A stretch of DNA of 64,000 nt from Methylococcaceae bacterium (lineage in GTDB: Bacteria > Patescibacteriota > Microgenomatia > UBA1400 > PJMF01), in NCBI GenBank assembly GCA_044370175.1, contig JBILVZ010000001.1, forward strand, positions 43,579 to 107,578. Reading direction: 5' to 3'. Positions 18,645 to 28,105 of this stretch are shown piece by piece. Under the pieces are notes generated by a model. The model saw only the letters and a list, made by a program, of their open reading frames with translations, did no database searches and was not told the origin of the DNA. The stretch's first letter is position 1; every line of letters begins with the position of its first letter. The position numbers were made by a program, and so were the translations under genes.

Positions 18645-19862
18645 TTAATCTATAAAGGTTAACGCAATACCCTTTTGATCAGCACGACCGGTGCGACCAA
18701 TTCGATGGATATAGTCTTCGTATGTTTCAGGCACTTCGTAGTTAACAACGTGTGTGACGTTCTTCACGTCAATACCTCTTGAAGCTACATCTGTTGCGGT
18801 TAATACCTGAATCTTGTTTTTCTTGAACTGTTCCAAAGCGCGTTGGCGTTGGGACTGAGACTTATTGCCATGAATAGAAGCTACTCTAATACCACGAGCA
18901 TATAGATTCTGAGTTAATTTTTCGATACCATGTTTGGTTCTTCCAAAAATGAGTACCTTTTCCCAGCTTTCCTGGATCAAGAGCTCATGTAAGATCTCGA
19001 TCTTTGGACGACCATTGGTACGAATAACATCTTGATCAACGTTGGCAGAAGTATCCTGTGAAGGGATTTTAACGGTAATTGGATTACGCAAGAATTGCTG
19101 CATCAAACCAGCTACCTTCGCCGGCACAGTGGCCGAGAAGAAGAGCGATTGACGCTCCGTTGGTAGCTGAGCAATGATACGTTCGATGGTTTGGATGAAT
19201 CCCATGTCCAACATGCGATCAACTTCATCCAAGACAATACTTTGGAATCTATCAAAATGCAAAACCCTTTGTTTTGCCAAATCTTCAAGTCTTCCGGGCG
19301 TACCGATCACAAACTGTGGCTGCCTACGCAACCCAGCAATCTGGCCACCAAGGCCCACACCACCAATACATAACACTGAAGTAAGGCGCAGTTCACCAGA
19401 AAACCGGTGAAGCTCGTCTTCAATTTGTAGTGCCAGCTCACGAGTTGGAGCAATAATCAGGACTCGTTGTTCTGGATTGAGTGTAACTTTATTAATTAAA
19501 GGAATCAAAAACGCGGCGGTTTTACCCGTACCCGTTGATGCAATACCAATAATATCGTTACCTTCCAAAATTACAGGAATTGCCTGATCTTGAATTGGTG
19601 TTGGAGTTATGTACCCACGTCTTTCGATAGCGAAACGTAGTGCATCACAGACAGCAAAGTCTGCAAAAGCATGGGTTGGTTGATAGGCGACCTGTTCATC
19701 TGCTGTCGCCTTACGCACAAACAAAGAAGGATCGATGTATTGGCCTCTACTACGTGGTGCGCGTCTTTGACCACTGAATCCACCTGATCGTCTATTGGAA
19801 CTGAATCCGCCAGAACGTCCTTGTGAACCACGATCAGATCGCTCATTGCGAAATCGTTGCAC
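18645..19862 (-). CDS. DEAD-box ATP-dependent RNA helicase with N-terminal Arg/Gly/Ser-rich extension
   Basis: Motif I ASTGTGKTAAF, motif II DEVDRML, motif III SAT, motif VI HRIGRTGRA. The first 45 aa are RNERSDRGSQGRSGGFSSNRRSGGFSGQRRAPRSRG. Confidence 0.9.
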   Translation of the reverse strand: MQRFRNERSDRGSQGRSGGFSSNRRSGGFSGQRRAPRSRGQYIDPSLFVRKATADEQVAYQPTHAFADFAVCDALRFAIERRGYITPTPIQDQAIPVILEGNDIIGIASTGTGKTAAFLIPLINKVTLNPEQRVLIIAPTRELALQIEDELHRFSGELRLTSVLCIGGVGLGGQIAGLRRQPQFVIGTPGRLEDLAKQRVLHFDRFQSIVLDEVDRMLDMGFIQTIERIIAQLPTERQSLFFSATVPAKVAGLMQQFLRNPITVKIPSQDTSANVDQDVIRTNGRPKIEILHELLIQESWEKVLIFGRTKHGIEKLTQNLYARGIRVASIHGNKSQSQRQRALEQFKKNKIQVLTATDVASRGIDVKNVTHVVNYEVPETYEDYIHRIGRTGRADQKGIALTFID

Positions 19863-20043
19863 AAAACTTTCTTATGCTGAAAAAAAATACTAATTTGAGG
19901 GAAGTTTAACGTTGAAATTAAAGCTAACCACAGACGCACATTTAAGTCTGTGCATCACTTTTCAGTCATTAAATAGGAAGTATACCAGAATACGCCAAAA
20001 TGTCAAGAAACTATAGGATGTTTTGGCTGGTTGAGTACAAGCC

Positions 20044-21246
20044 TCAATATTTGATTGTAAGATTCTCTAGCATCGTTTTGAATGACTGAACTTTGTCTGA
20101 TATATCTTTTTCAGTGATAGTATCTGCTGTATATTCACTATTAATTGAAAGATGGAGTTGCACAGATCTATTCCCTTTTTTTACCTCTGCTCTTCCTATT
20201 TCAATAGCACCTTCTGATGGTGTGAACTTACTAACTGCAAGAGATAATAAATATCCGGTATTTGATTTTTGCTGAATATATTTATTGATATACAGTGACT
20301 TAAATTCAGAATTTGAAAAACCTAATCCGACCCCATAGTCGTCACTACACGTAGTGTTATTTAGCATTAATTGGAACTTTCCATCATCAGATACAAAAGC
20401 GTTATTTCCCATACTGTCAGAAGAACTAAATGCAAATTCATCGGGTATATTTAATGCAAACCACTCTGTTACAAATGCATCTGGTTGTTTCTCAATTAAT
20501 GTATAAAACGTACTTTCAGTTGTATTTGCTGGACAGTTAGTAATATTGGTGTAATTTTGACAAACATACGATGGAATTATTTCAGGTTTTTCACATTGCC
20601 ATGCAGGTTTTGCAGTATAGCCTGATTCACTCCACTCAAAATCAGTCAGTTTCATTTTTGCAGAACGATTAGATCCATCAAGTTTGAAGATCTCATATAT
20701 AAACCCACTTGCGGTCGCTTCACCGATCAGGATGTGTGTTTCATCTGGACTCAGTGAAAGTGGGTAAGCGTAGTTTTCGACACTAGTATAGAGTGTTGTA
20801 ACTACTTTTGATTTTCTATCAATAACCATGATGCGTGTTTTTTCATTGGGTGCAGCAGACTTAAGAGCAAGCACAATGTAGTTATTTCCAATGACACCAC
20901 CATTCAATACAGAAAAACTCTCTGATTCTACAGAATCATATTCCAGTAACACTTCTTTGGTTGCTATGTCTTGTGGAGTAACAGTTGCTGATACAACACT
21001 TGGAATACTAGCAGGATTTTCTGGGTACTTGTTCAGTTCTAAAACTGTAGGTGTCTGTATCCACCCACAACTATTCTCATTCCAACAGATACGAGTGCTA
21101 GCATCTCTAGTTGTAACAAGTGAAAGTACAGTTATATGTTTTGCTGAATAGAAAAATTTAACTAAAAAAATAACACTGATTACTAATAAAATTAATAGTA
21201 ATGATTTGTTTTTAAGAATCATGATGACTACAAGTCTAGCATGCAT
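20044..21246 (-). CDS. hypothetical secreted/membrane-anchored protein
   Basis: 400 aa. N-terminal signal-anchor LLLILLVISVIFLV. AT-rich compared with flanking infB and the helicase. Many Cys/Asn/Thr. No motif recognised. Confidence 0.45.
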   Translation of the reverse strand: MHARLVVIMILKNKSLLLILLVISVIFLVKFFYSAKHITVLSLVTTRDASTRICWNENSCGWIQTPTVLELNKYPENPASIPSVVSATVTPQDIATKEVLLEYDSVESESFSVLNGGVIGNNYIVLALKSAAPNEKTRIMVIDRKSKVVTTLYTSVENYAYPLSLSPDETHILIGEATASGFIYEIFKLDGSNRSAKMKLTDFEWSESGYTAKPAWQCEKPEIIPSYVCQNYTNITNCPANTTESTFYTLIEKQPDAFVTEWFALNIPDEFAFSSSDSMGNNAFVSDDGKFQLMLNNTTCSDDYGVGLGFSNSEFKSLYINKYIQQKSNTGYLLSLAVSKFTPSEGAIEIGRAEVKKGNRSVQLHLSINSEYTADTITEKDISDKVQSFKTMLENLTIKY

Positions 21247-21266
21247 GCAGGTAGTTATGGAAATAT

Positions 21267-22745
21267 CTAATCAGCAATTGTGTAAGCCACGATAATGTCG
21301 CCGACATGGAAGTCAAGTTTGCGGTTTTTGAAGGTAAATCCAGCTTCGTTTTTAGCTTTCACTTCTTCGATTTCTTGTTTGCCGTGCATCATGTTTTTGA
21401 TAACAGGATTCATTACAATTTCTTCACCACGCTTGAGGTGCAGTAGGTCATGTTTGCGGATCGTACCAGTCTTCACTCGTACCCCAGCAATTCTCTCACC
21501 TCTCATATCAAATATCTGCATGATCTCTGCTTCACCAGTGATCACCTCATCGATTGTGCTATCAATCAGTTTAAGCATCTGCTTTTGCAGATCTTCAATC
21601 AGATGATAGATAACATCATATTGTTTAATACGTACACCTTCATTTTTGGCATTTTGTTTAATACCGTTGGAAACTTTGATATGAAACGCAATAATCAGTG
21701 CTTCAGTCGCTTTTGCTAGCTCAATATCACCATCAGTGACTTGACCAAGCCCACTACCCACCAACTCCACATTGTCCAAGTCGAGCGTTTGGGTAATTGC
21801 CTCGAGAGTACCTGAAACGTCTGCTTTTATCAGTAGTTTCAGTTTTTGTTTACCACCTAGCAGAACATCAAAGTCAAAACCAGCCGCAACGAGGTCAATC
21901 CCCGCCACTGGATCGGTTTCCTGCGCTGCATCTGGAGCTACTACATCAGCTGAGTAATCAGCAGCTGCATCTCGCACCACTTCACCCACCTCAGCAACGT
22001 TCTTAAAGCCAATTACTTCTACAGGTGAGCCAGGCGTAGCATTCTGAAGTTGAGCTCCCAGTTCGTTACTTAACAAACGAATCCGTCCCTCAGCTGTATC
22101 AGTATAAATATCTTGGCGAGGTTGTAGGGTACCTTGTTGGACAATCACGCTGGCAACACTACCACGACGGGGATCGAGTGAAGACTCGATCACTACTGCT
22201 TTAAGGGGTGCATCTGGATCAGCTTGATAATTGTGCAGTTCTGCAGTGAGCGCTAAAGTTTCCAGAAGCTGCTCTACACCTGCCCCAGTCTTGGCAGAAA
22301 GTTCGACCGCATCAATATCACCTCCAAAGCCTTGCACAGCAATTCCCTGTTCCACCAACTGTGACTTCACAAGCGTTGGATCTGCACCTGGCATATCCAT
22401 CTTATTAATGGCCACAACTACAGGTACATTTGCTTCATGGATATGGCGAATTGATTCTATCGTCTGTGGTTTAACACCATCATCAGCAGCAACAACCAGC
22501 ACGATAATGTCAGTCACTTGAGCACCCCGCTGGCGCATTTTGTTAAATGCAGCATGGCCTGGAGTATCAATAAACGTCAACTTATTACCTTGGTACTCTA
22601 CTTGATAGGCTCCAATATGCTGGGTAATACCACCTGCCTCACGTGCTGTCACTCGAGTTTTTCGAATATAATCGAGCAGAGAAGTCTTGCCATGATCGAC
22701 ATGACCCATAATTGTGATAACTGGTGGGCGTTTTTGTAAGGCCAT
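21267..22745 (-). CDS. infB: translation initiation factor IF-2 (short form lacking N-terminal domains)
   Basis: G-domain GHVDHGKTSLLD, DTPGH, NKMD. C-terminal beta-barrel domains. Directly downstream of nusA. Confidence 0.9.
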   Translation of the reverse strand: MALQKRPPVITIMGHVDHGKTSLLDYIRKTRVTAREAGGITQHIGAYQVEYQGNKLTFIDTPGHAAFNKMRQRGAQVTDIIVLVVAADDGVKPQTIESIRHIHEANVPVVVAINKMDMPGADPTLVKSQLVEQGIAVQGFGGDIDAVELSAKTGAGVEQLLETLALTAELHNYQADPDAPLKAVVIESSLDPRRGSVASVIVQQGTLQPRQDIYTDTAEGRIRLLSNELGAQLQNATPGSPVEVIGFKNVAEVGEVVRDAAADYSADVVAPDAAQETDPVAGIDLVAAGFDFDVLLGGKQKLKLLIKADVSGTLEAITQTLDLDNVELVGSGLGQVTDGDIELAKATEALIIAFHIKVSNGIKQNAKNEGVRIKQYDVIYHLIEDLQKQMLKLIDSTIDEVITGEAEIMQIFDMRGERIAGVRVKTGTIRKHDLLHLKRGEEIVMNPVIKNMMHGKQEIEEVKAKNEAGFTFKNRKLDFHVGDIIVAYTIAD

Positions 22746-22780
22746 AATTCTCGTATTTTTTAGTACACTACTTCTTATAT

Positions 22781-24073
22781 TTACTCTGTTGCTTGAGCTT
22801 GATCGTCACGCATCACGCGAGGTTTTCGCTTAAATTGTGGTTCATTTTCTTGTTCTGCCTCAAAAGCAGTTACTTTTTCAGTAAGCATTGTAACTTGATT
22901 AGCTGGCAAATCAAACTGCATCCACTTATCTTTAAACCGTGCTAGGTCCATCACGGTAGTAAGTTTGTGTTGGATGAGTTGCTCGCGCGTCTCTGGTGCT
23001 AAACCGGTGAACGTATCAATTTCATACTCTTCCATACCCGTTGCACTAGATTGCACCTCACCACCAGCGGACGTAACGGTGATCTTATAGCCACTCAGTT
23101 TGGCAGCCAAGCGGACGTTTTGCCCACCGCGACCAATCACCAGTGAAAGTTGATCGTCCGGAGCAGTAACAGTGGCTAATTTTGTAGCTATATCCAGATC
23201 AATTTTGAGGTTTTCGGCAGGAGCTAAAGCACCCTGGAGTAACACCTTTGGGTCTTCTGAAAACGGAATAATATCAAGGCGTTCATTGTTAAGTTCACGA
23301 ATAACTTCCTGAACACGCACGCCTCGTTGTCCTACACAAGAACCAACAGGATCAACACCTTCTTGCGTAGAGCGTACAGCCAACTTAGTCCGGACACCAG
23401 CTTCGCGAGATATGAGAGCAATCTCAACTGCGCCTGAGGCCACTTCTGGGACTTCACGTTCAAATAACTTAGATACAAGTTTTTTATCTGCACGAGACAC
23501 AATAACTGACTTGCCCTTATGGGTATCACGGATTTCTTTAATCAAAACAGTAATACGGTTGTTCATCTTATAAAACTCACCACGCATCTGCTCTTCAGGA
23601 GGCATGTACCCTTGACCACGTCCAATATCTAAAATAACGGTGCGACCATCCATGCGCAAAATTTGTGCAGTAACGATTTCGCCAAGTTTGTCTTGGTACT
23701 CACCAATGATTTGATCTTTTTCTGACTCACGAATTTTTTGTAAAATTACTTGCTTGGCAGTTTGGGCAGCAATCCGACCAAAGCCAGCTGGGGTAACGTC
23801 TTCTGATTTAGTAGCATCCCACTTGGTAACTTCCAGAGTTTCTTCATCTCTCTCTAGTGCAGGTGCTTTATAGATTTTTGACTCACCACTTGCTTCATCA
23901 AGCTCTGCATAATAATGCCACTCTTCAGCGAGTGGGCCATACTGTTTGCGGTATGCAGAAACTAATGCTTGTTTAATAGCTGTATAGATTGCTTCAACGG
24001 TAATTTTGCGCTCGTTGGCAATTTGATTAATTGCAGTAGCAAAATCTGTTCTGACTATCTTTGAGTCTTGCAT
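22781..24073 (-). CDS. nusA: transcription termination/antitermination factor NusA
   Basis: 430 aa. N-terminal domain, S1 domain and two KH domains (..IGRGGQNVRLAAKLSGYKI..). Confidence 0.9.
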   Translation of the reverse strand: MQDSKIVRTDFATAINQIANERKITVEAIYTAIKQALVSAYRKQYGPLAEEWHYYAELDEASGESKIYKAPALERDEETLEVTKWDATKSEDVTPAGFGRIAAQTAKQVILQKIRESEKDQIIGEYQDKLGEIVTAQILRMDGRTVILDIGRGQGYMPPEEQMRGEFYKMNNRITVLIKEIRDTHKGKSVIVSRADKKLVSKLFEREVPEVASGAVEIALISREAGVRTKLAVRSTQEGVDPVGSCVGQRGVRVQEVIRELNNERLDIIPFSEDPKVLLQGALAPAENLKIDLDIATKLATVTAPDDQLSLVIGRGGQNVRLAAKLSGYKITVTSAGGEVQSSATGMEEYEIDTFTGLAPETREQLIQHKLTTVMDLARFKDKWMQFDLPANQVTMLTEKVTAFEAEQENEPQFKRKPRVMRDDQAQATE

Positions 24074-24103
24074 AGATACCTTTGTATGTATTTTGTGACT
24101 TAT

Positions 24104-24135
24104 AACAAAAAAGGGCAGATCTTCTCATCGCCCTT
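24104..24135 (-). terminator. rho-independent terminator downstream of the radical SAM gene
   Basis: Minus strand reads AAGGGCGATGAGAAGATCTGCCCTTTTTTGTTAT. A 6-bp GC stem followed by a T-tract. Confidence 0.5.
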
Positions 24136-24190
24136 CCCTACTAACGGTTGTAATTATACAACGATTGTAGTAAAAATCCAACTCGAGTTT

Positions 24191-25297
24191 CTATGGGATT
24201 GCTTGGTCAGTATAGGTGACAGTGATACCTTCAAAAGTTTGTGCTCTGTACTGAGTATTGGTAATTTTTTCCAACCACATAACAGGGATTTTGCCCATTC
24301 CTCTTGGCAGATCTAGAACGTACTCAGGCATACAAATACTGGATAGTGAACCACGTAGTGCCTTAAAAATATTTTTACCTTCGGCGATAGAAATTCTAAA
24401 GTGTGAAGTACCGCGCGCCTGATCTAAGTGATGCAGGTAGTATGGCTTAATACCAAAGTCAACAAGCTGTCTAAAAAAAATTTTAAGTGTTGGAACGTCA
24501 TCATTTACATTTTTTAGCAGCACTGTTTGCGATACAACTAGTATGTTTTTTTGCAACATTTTATTGACAAGACACCTGACTTGGCTAGTTAATTCTGCAG
24601 GATGATTGGTATGGATAACCACAACTTTTTTTCCCCTAAATCGATCGAGAACAGCTAGCCACTCGTCTGTTATGCAAGAGGGATCAGCAACTGGAATACG
24701 AGTATGAAAACGCCAGCACTGAATGTGTCTAATGTCACTCAGTTGCCTTCTGATGTTATCTAAAAATGCTGGTGGAAATGTGCCTGGATCTCCACCAGAA
24801 AAGATTACTTCATGGATTTCTTTGTGCATTGTTAGATACTCTCTAATTGCAGCAAATTGTACAGGGCGCACCTTGCCTACTACCTCTCTCCTAAAGCAAA
24901 ACCGACAGTGTATTTTGCAGTGTGAAGTCAGGAGGAGTAGACAGCGATCAGGGTAGCGGTGAATCAAGCCAGGCACCACTTCTCGGTCTTGATCACCAAT
25001 GGGATCTGCCAGTTCGTATGCTGCTACATTTTTCTCAATTTCTCGAGGCATGGCCATTAATCGAAGTGGATCATGGGGATTTTTCCAATCAATGAGATCG
25101 GCGTAGTAGTAGGGAATACGCAGCGGAAAACCTCTAATGCCACTACTCTCTTCAGGAGAAAGCAGAGTGGCAGGATCAAGTTTCTTAGAAACAGTTGCAG
25201 AACATGCTGGCAAACCGTTGGCAGATGTTGCCTGCTCCACGTACCGTATGCTCAAATACCGTTTGAGTTCATCAAAAGACGAAATGTATGACTGCAT
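24191..25297 (-). CDS. radical SAM protein of the lysine 2,3-aminomutase (KamA/EpmB) family
   Basis: 368 aa. Fe-S motif LLLTSHCKIHCRFCFRRE matches the KamA-family CxxxCxxC context. ..VIFSGGDP.. follows. Confidence 0.7.
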   Translation of the reverse strand: MQSYISSFDELKRYLSIRYVEQATSANGLPACSATVSKKLDPATLLSPEESSGIRGFPLRIPYYYADLIDWKNPHDPLRLMAMPREIEKNVAAYELADPIGDQDREVVPGLIHRYPDRCLLLLTSHCKIHCRFCFRREVVGKVRPVQFAAIREYLTMHKEIHEVIFSGGDPGTFPPAFLDNIRRQLSDIRHIQCWRFHTRIPVADPSCITDEWLAVLDRFRGKKVVVIHTNHPAELTSQVRCLVNKMLQKNILVVSQTVLLKNVNDDVPTLKIFFRQLVDFGIKPYYLHHLDQARGTSHFRISIAEGKNIFKALRGSLSSICMPEYVLDLPRGMGKIPVMWLEKITNTQYRAQTFEGITVTYTDQAIP

Positions 25298-25309
25298 AAA
25301 AATGGGACG

Positions 25310-26176
25310 CTATAAACCAGCGTCAGCAAGACCTTGCAGGATGCGCTTCTGTTCTCCTGTTAGTTTTTCAGGCACTTCGACAATTAAGCGTACATAGAGA
25401 TCGCCCTTGCCTGCAGCATTGACATATGGGACACCTTCACCACGCAACCGAACCAGCGTATGTGAGGCTGTACCTGGGCGCACCTTTAGTTTTAAGGTTT
25501 GATCAATTGTTTCTACCTCAGTAGTGCCCCCAAGTGTTGCTGCAGAAAAGGAAATTTTATGATCTAAAAATAAATCCTGATCTTGCCGTTTAAACCGCTC
25601 ATCTGGGGTAACATTGATTGTAATATCAAAGTCTTTAAAGCGGATACGTGTCCCATCGTTGGCACCTGCGGGTACCTTTATAGTATGTTTTTTATTGTCA
25701 ATCTTTACTTCTTTTGTAGTACCCTTGATAGAATCTAGGAAGCTAATAGTAAGTGAGTACCGTGGCCGACGCGCTGCCTGTGAAAAACCGCTAAATCCTC
25801 CACCAAAGAACTGTTCAAAAATTTCAAATGGGTCGCCAAAGTCTGCATCTTGTGCGCCACCACTTCCATAGGTTTTATAGGAATAGGTAAATGGGCCTTG
25901 ATTAAAACCTCCACCAAACGGATTGCCACCCATACCACTAGCTGCATCAAAGGCAGCATGTCCAAATTGGTCATACATTTGTTTTTTTTGGGGATCGGAA
26001 AGTACTTGGTAGGCTTCGTTAATTTCTTTAAATTTCTCTTCTGCTTCCGCCTTTTTGTCTTGATTGCGATCGGGGTGCCACTTGAGCGCCATCTTGCGAT
26101 AGGCAGCTTTCACCACGTCACTGGTAGCACCTTTTGCAACTCCTAAAATTTCGTAGTAATCTTGTTTTGTAGCCAT
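25310..26176 (-). CDS. dnaJ: DnaJ-family chaperone (J domain, G/F-rich region, no zinc-finger domain)
   Basis: J domain ..[33 protein letters not shown].., then a G/F region. Start at 26176 (MATKQDYY). Confidence 0.8.
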   Translation of the reverse strand: MATKQDYYEILGVAKGATSDVVKAAYRKMALKWHPDRNQDKKAEAEEKFKEINEAYQVLSDPQKKQMYDQFGHAAFDAASGMGGNPFGGGFNQGPFTYSYKTYGSGGAQDADFGDPFEIFEQFFGGGFSGFSQAARRPRYSLTISFLDSIKGTTKEVKIDNKKHTIKVPAGANDGTRIRFKDFDITINVTPDERFKRQDQDLFLDHKISFSAATLGGTTEVETIDQTLKLKVRPGTASHTLVRLRGEGVPYVNAAGKGDLYVRLIVEVPEKLTGEQKRILQGLADAGL

Positions 26177-26263
26177 AACGGACTGATTGTACCATTTCTG
26201 AGCATGGATGTTAAGCAATCAAACTAGCAGTTTGCTAAATTACTAACTGGATACTGCTGTATG

Positions 26264-28096
26264 TTATTCTTTACGAACCCGAGCAGAAACAGAGGCTTCT
26301 AGAATTTTTCTTATTTCTTCGGTTTGAGGTGATTTTTTTCCAAAAATCACATATGCTTTCTGTTTGTTTATATACTCTATCGTGTCTATAGCTTGATAAT
26401 TTGACGGGATGTAACATGCAGAATACCCAGAATTTTCAAAATACTTTAGAACAATGTACTGTGGATCAAACTGCAGTATCTTCTCTTGCAAGAGGTTATC
26501 TTGACATAAGTCAGAAGTTTGCACAAAGATTCGATTGCCGATTTGAAACTCCTTTGTTTTTAAGAAATATTTGGTGCCCTCTGTTTTTCTAATAGGCAGC
26601 TGTAAGAAATTTTGCCCTGCGAGAAAGTAGGGATAGATAAAAGTGTAGTCGTTGTCTCCTACTACCATTCGTTCTTCAGCAGATTGTCTGTTAATCCATT
26701 CTCCCAATGCATAGTCGGGGTATGATCTAAAGTAGGGTTTGTAATGAGGATTAATATAAAAATACTTAACAACAAAGGGTAGAAAATTTACACTCGAAAA
26801 CAAGGCAACTCCACCTAGTGCAAAGAGCAGTTGCTGAGATGCTTTCAGTCGATTAAACCATGCAAATTGCGCAATTAGCATAGAGAAAGCGATCGCAGCA
26901 ACCATTTGCCAAAACGGAGTCATTATAACCCCACGCTGGAAGTTGGGAAAGTCATCGATAGTTAGTGCCGTGGGGATAGCACTACACAACAAACAAAATA
27001 CTAAAAATAATAAAATCTTGTAATTACCAGGATCTTTTACATAGGCAAAAGGAGAGATGAGTAGTCCAATTGCCAACACAAAACCTAGATACTCAAGATA
27101 GGTAATAGGCGCTACATCAACTATCGTATATCGAGCAGGTGTATCAAGCTGGCCGAGCATGATTGTGGGTGAGAAAAAACTAACATACTGCAAGAAAAAC
27201 TGGTCGAAGTTTACCGAGACTTTGTTGTATATTGCTCGAGTGACAAGTGGTGGCAACTGTGCTAAACCGGATGTCGTAATGTCTTCAAAAATAGCTGCCT
27301 GTACTGACTGACTTTGAATAACTGTTGTTTCTTTGAACCGACCTTGCGCATATGGAGTCTGCAAAAATGTCAAAAAAGGAAAAATAAAATACGCCACTAA
27401 AACGCTCACAGAACCAATAATAACTCCCTTGCCAATACGATTATTTTGTAGGTAGGCAAATGCCAGCACACCAATACCAATTGGGATAATGAGTAATCGT
27501 GAAGTGAAGTATGTTAGATAACAAACAAGCGAAGTAATATACGCACCCGCAAATAATGTAAGCTGTGAAAACTGGAAACGCTGCTTGCCACTACTCCTAG
27601 CAGCAGAAGCAACTGCTTCGTAGAGAATAATGATAAAAACAAGCAGAAAGAACGTATCAATAATCACCGTTGAAGAAGCACGTGCCATACTAATATTCCA
27701 GGGAGAAAGTGCAAAGAGCAAACTAAAGATGAGTACTACAAGACTTTTTCGCGTCACTCGATAGAGAAAAAAAGCAGCTGCAAGGAGGGTGAGTAGTGAA
27801 AAAGTTACCGTAGTTAGGCGAAATGCCGCTGTATGTAAACCAAATAGAGAAATAAACGGCACCGCCCAGTACGAATGCGCCGCTGAGACGTGTTCTCCCC
27901 ACATATCAACCGTCAGTGGGAACTTTTCGTTGTATAGGTTTGTGCCTTGTTCAGCTAAAAGAAACGCATTGTATGCAAACCAGACTTCATCATGGTGCAA
28001 ACCTGAAGGAATATTTTGTAACTGCAACACTCGAACTAATAGGGCTACCCCGATGATGCATGAAAAAATAATTTTATACAAAGCAGTAATTTTCAT
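26264..28096 (-). CDS. GT39/GT83-type (PMT/ArnT-like) membrane glycosyltransferase
   Basis: 610 aa, polytopic. N-terminal loop ..HHDEVWFAYNAFLLAEQGTNLYNEKFPL.. carries the conserved acidic DE-type motif. Paralog of 16676..18481. Confidence 0.65.
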   Translation of the reverse strand: MKITALYKIIFSCIIGVALLVRVLQLQNIPSGLHHDEVWFAYNAFLLAEQGTNLYNEKFPLTVDMWGEHVSAAHSYWAVPFISLFGLHTAAFRLTTVTFSLLTLLAAAFFLYRVTRKSLVVLIFSLLFALSPWNISMARASSTVIIDTFFLLVFIIILYEAVASAARSSGKQRFQFSQLTLFAGAYITSLVCYLTYFTSRLLIIPIGIGVLAFAYLQNNRIGKGVIIGSVSVLVAYFIFPFLTFLQTPYAQGRFKETTVIQSQSVQAAIFEDITTSGLAQLPPLVTRAIYNKVSVNFDQFFLQYVSFFSPTIMLGQLDTPARYTIVDVAPITYLEYLGFVLAIGLLISPFAYVKDPGNYKILLFLVFCLLCSAIPTALTIDDFPNFQRGVIMTPFWQMVAAIAFSMLIAQFAWFNRLKASQQLLFALGGVALFSSVNFLPFVVKYFYINPHYKPYFRSYPDYALGEWINRQSAEERMVVGDNDYTFIYPYFLAGQNFLQLPIRKTEGTKYFLKTKEFQIGNRIFVQTSDLCQDNLLQEKILQFDPQYIVLKYFENSGYSACYIPSNYQAIDTIEYINKQKAYVIFGKKSPQTEEIRKILEASVSARVRKE

Positions 28097-28105
28097 AGAG
28101 CTTAT

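Noticed and set aside
19863-20043. Stem-loop CACAGAC-N10-GTCTGTG upstream of the DEAD-box helicase as a terminator or riboswitch.
   Set aside because: It is only 7 bp, with a weak T-tract on the relevant strand, and has no conserved riboswitch features. It is noted as a possible weak terminator for the 400-aa gene but is not reported as a feature.
26219-26263. Short TAGCA-GTT-TGCTA inverted repeat upstream of dnaJ resembling a CIRCE half-site pair.
   Set aside because: The arms are only 5 bp with a 3-nt spacer and lie at the 3' end of the GT39 gene. It is too short and mis-spaced to call an operator.
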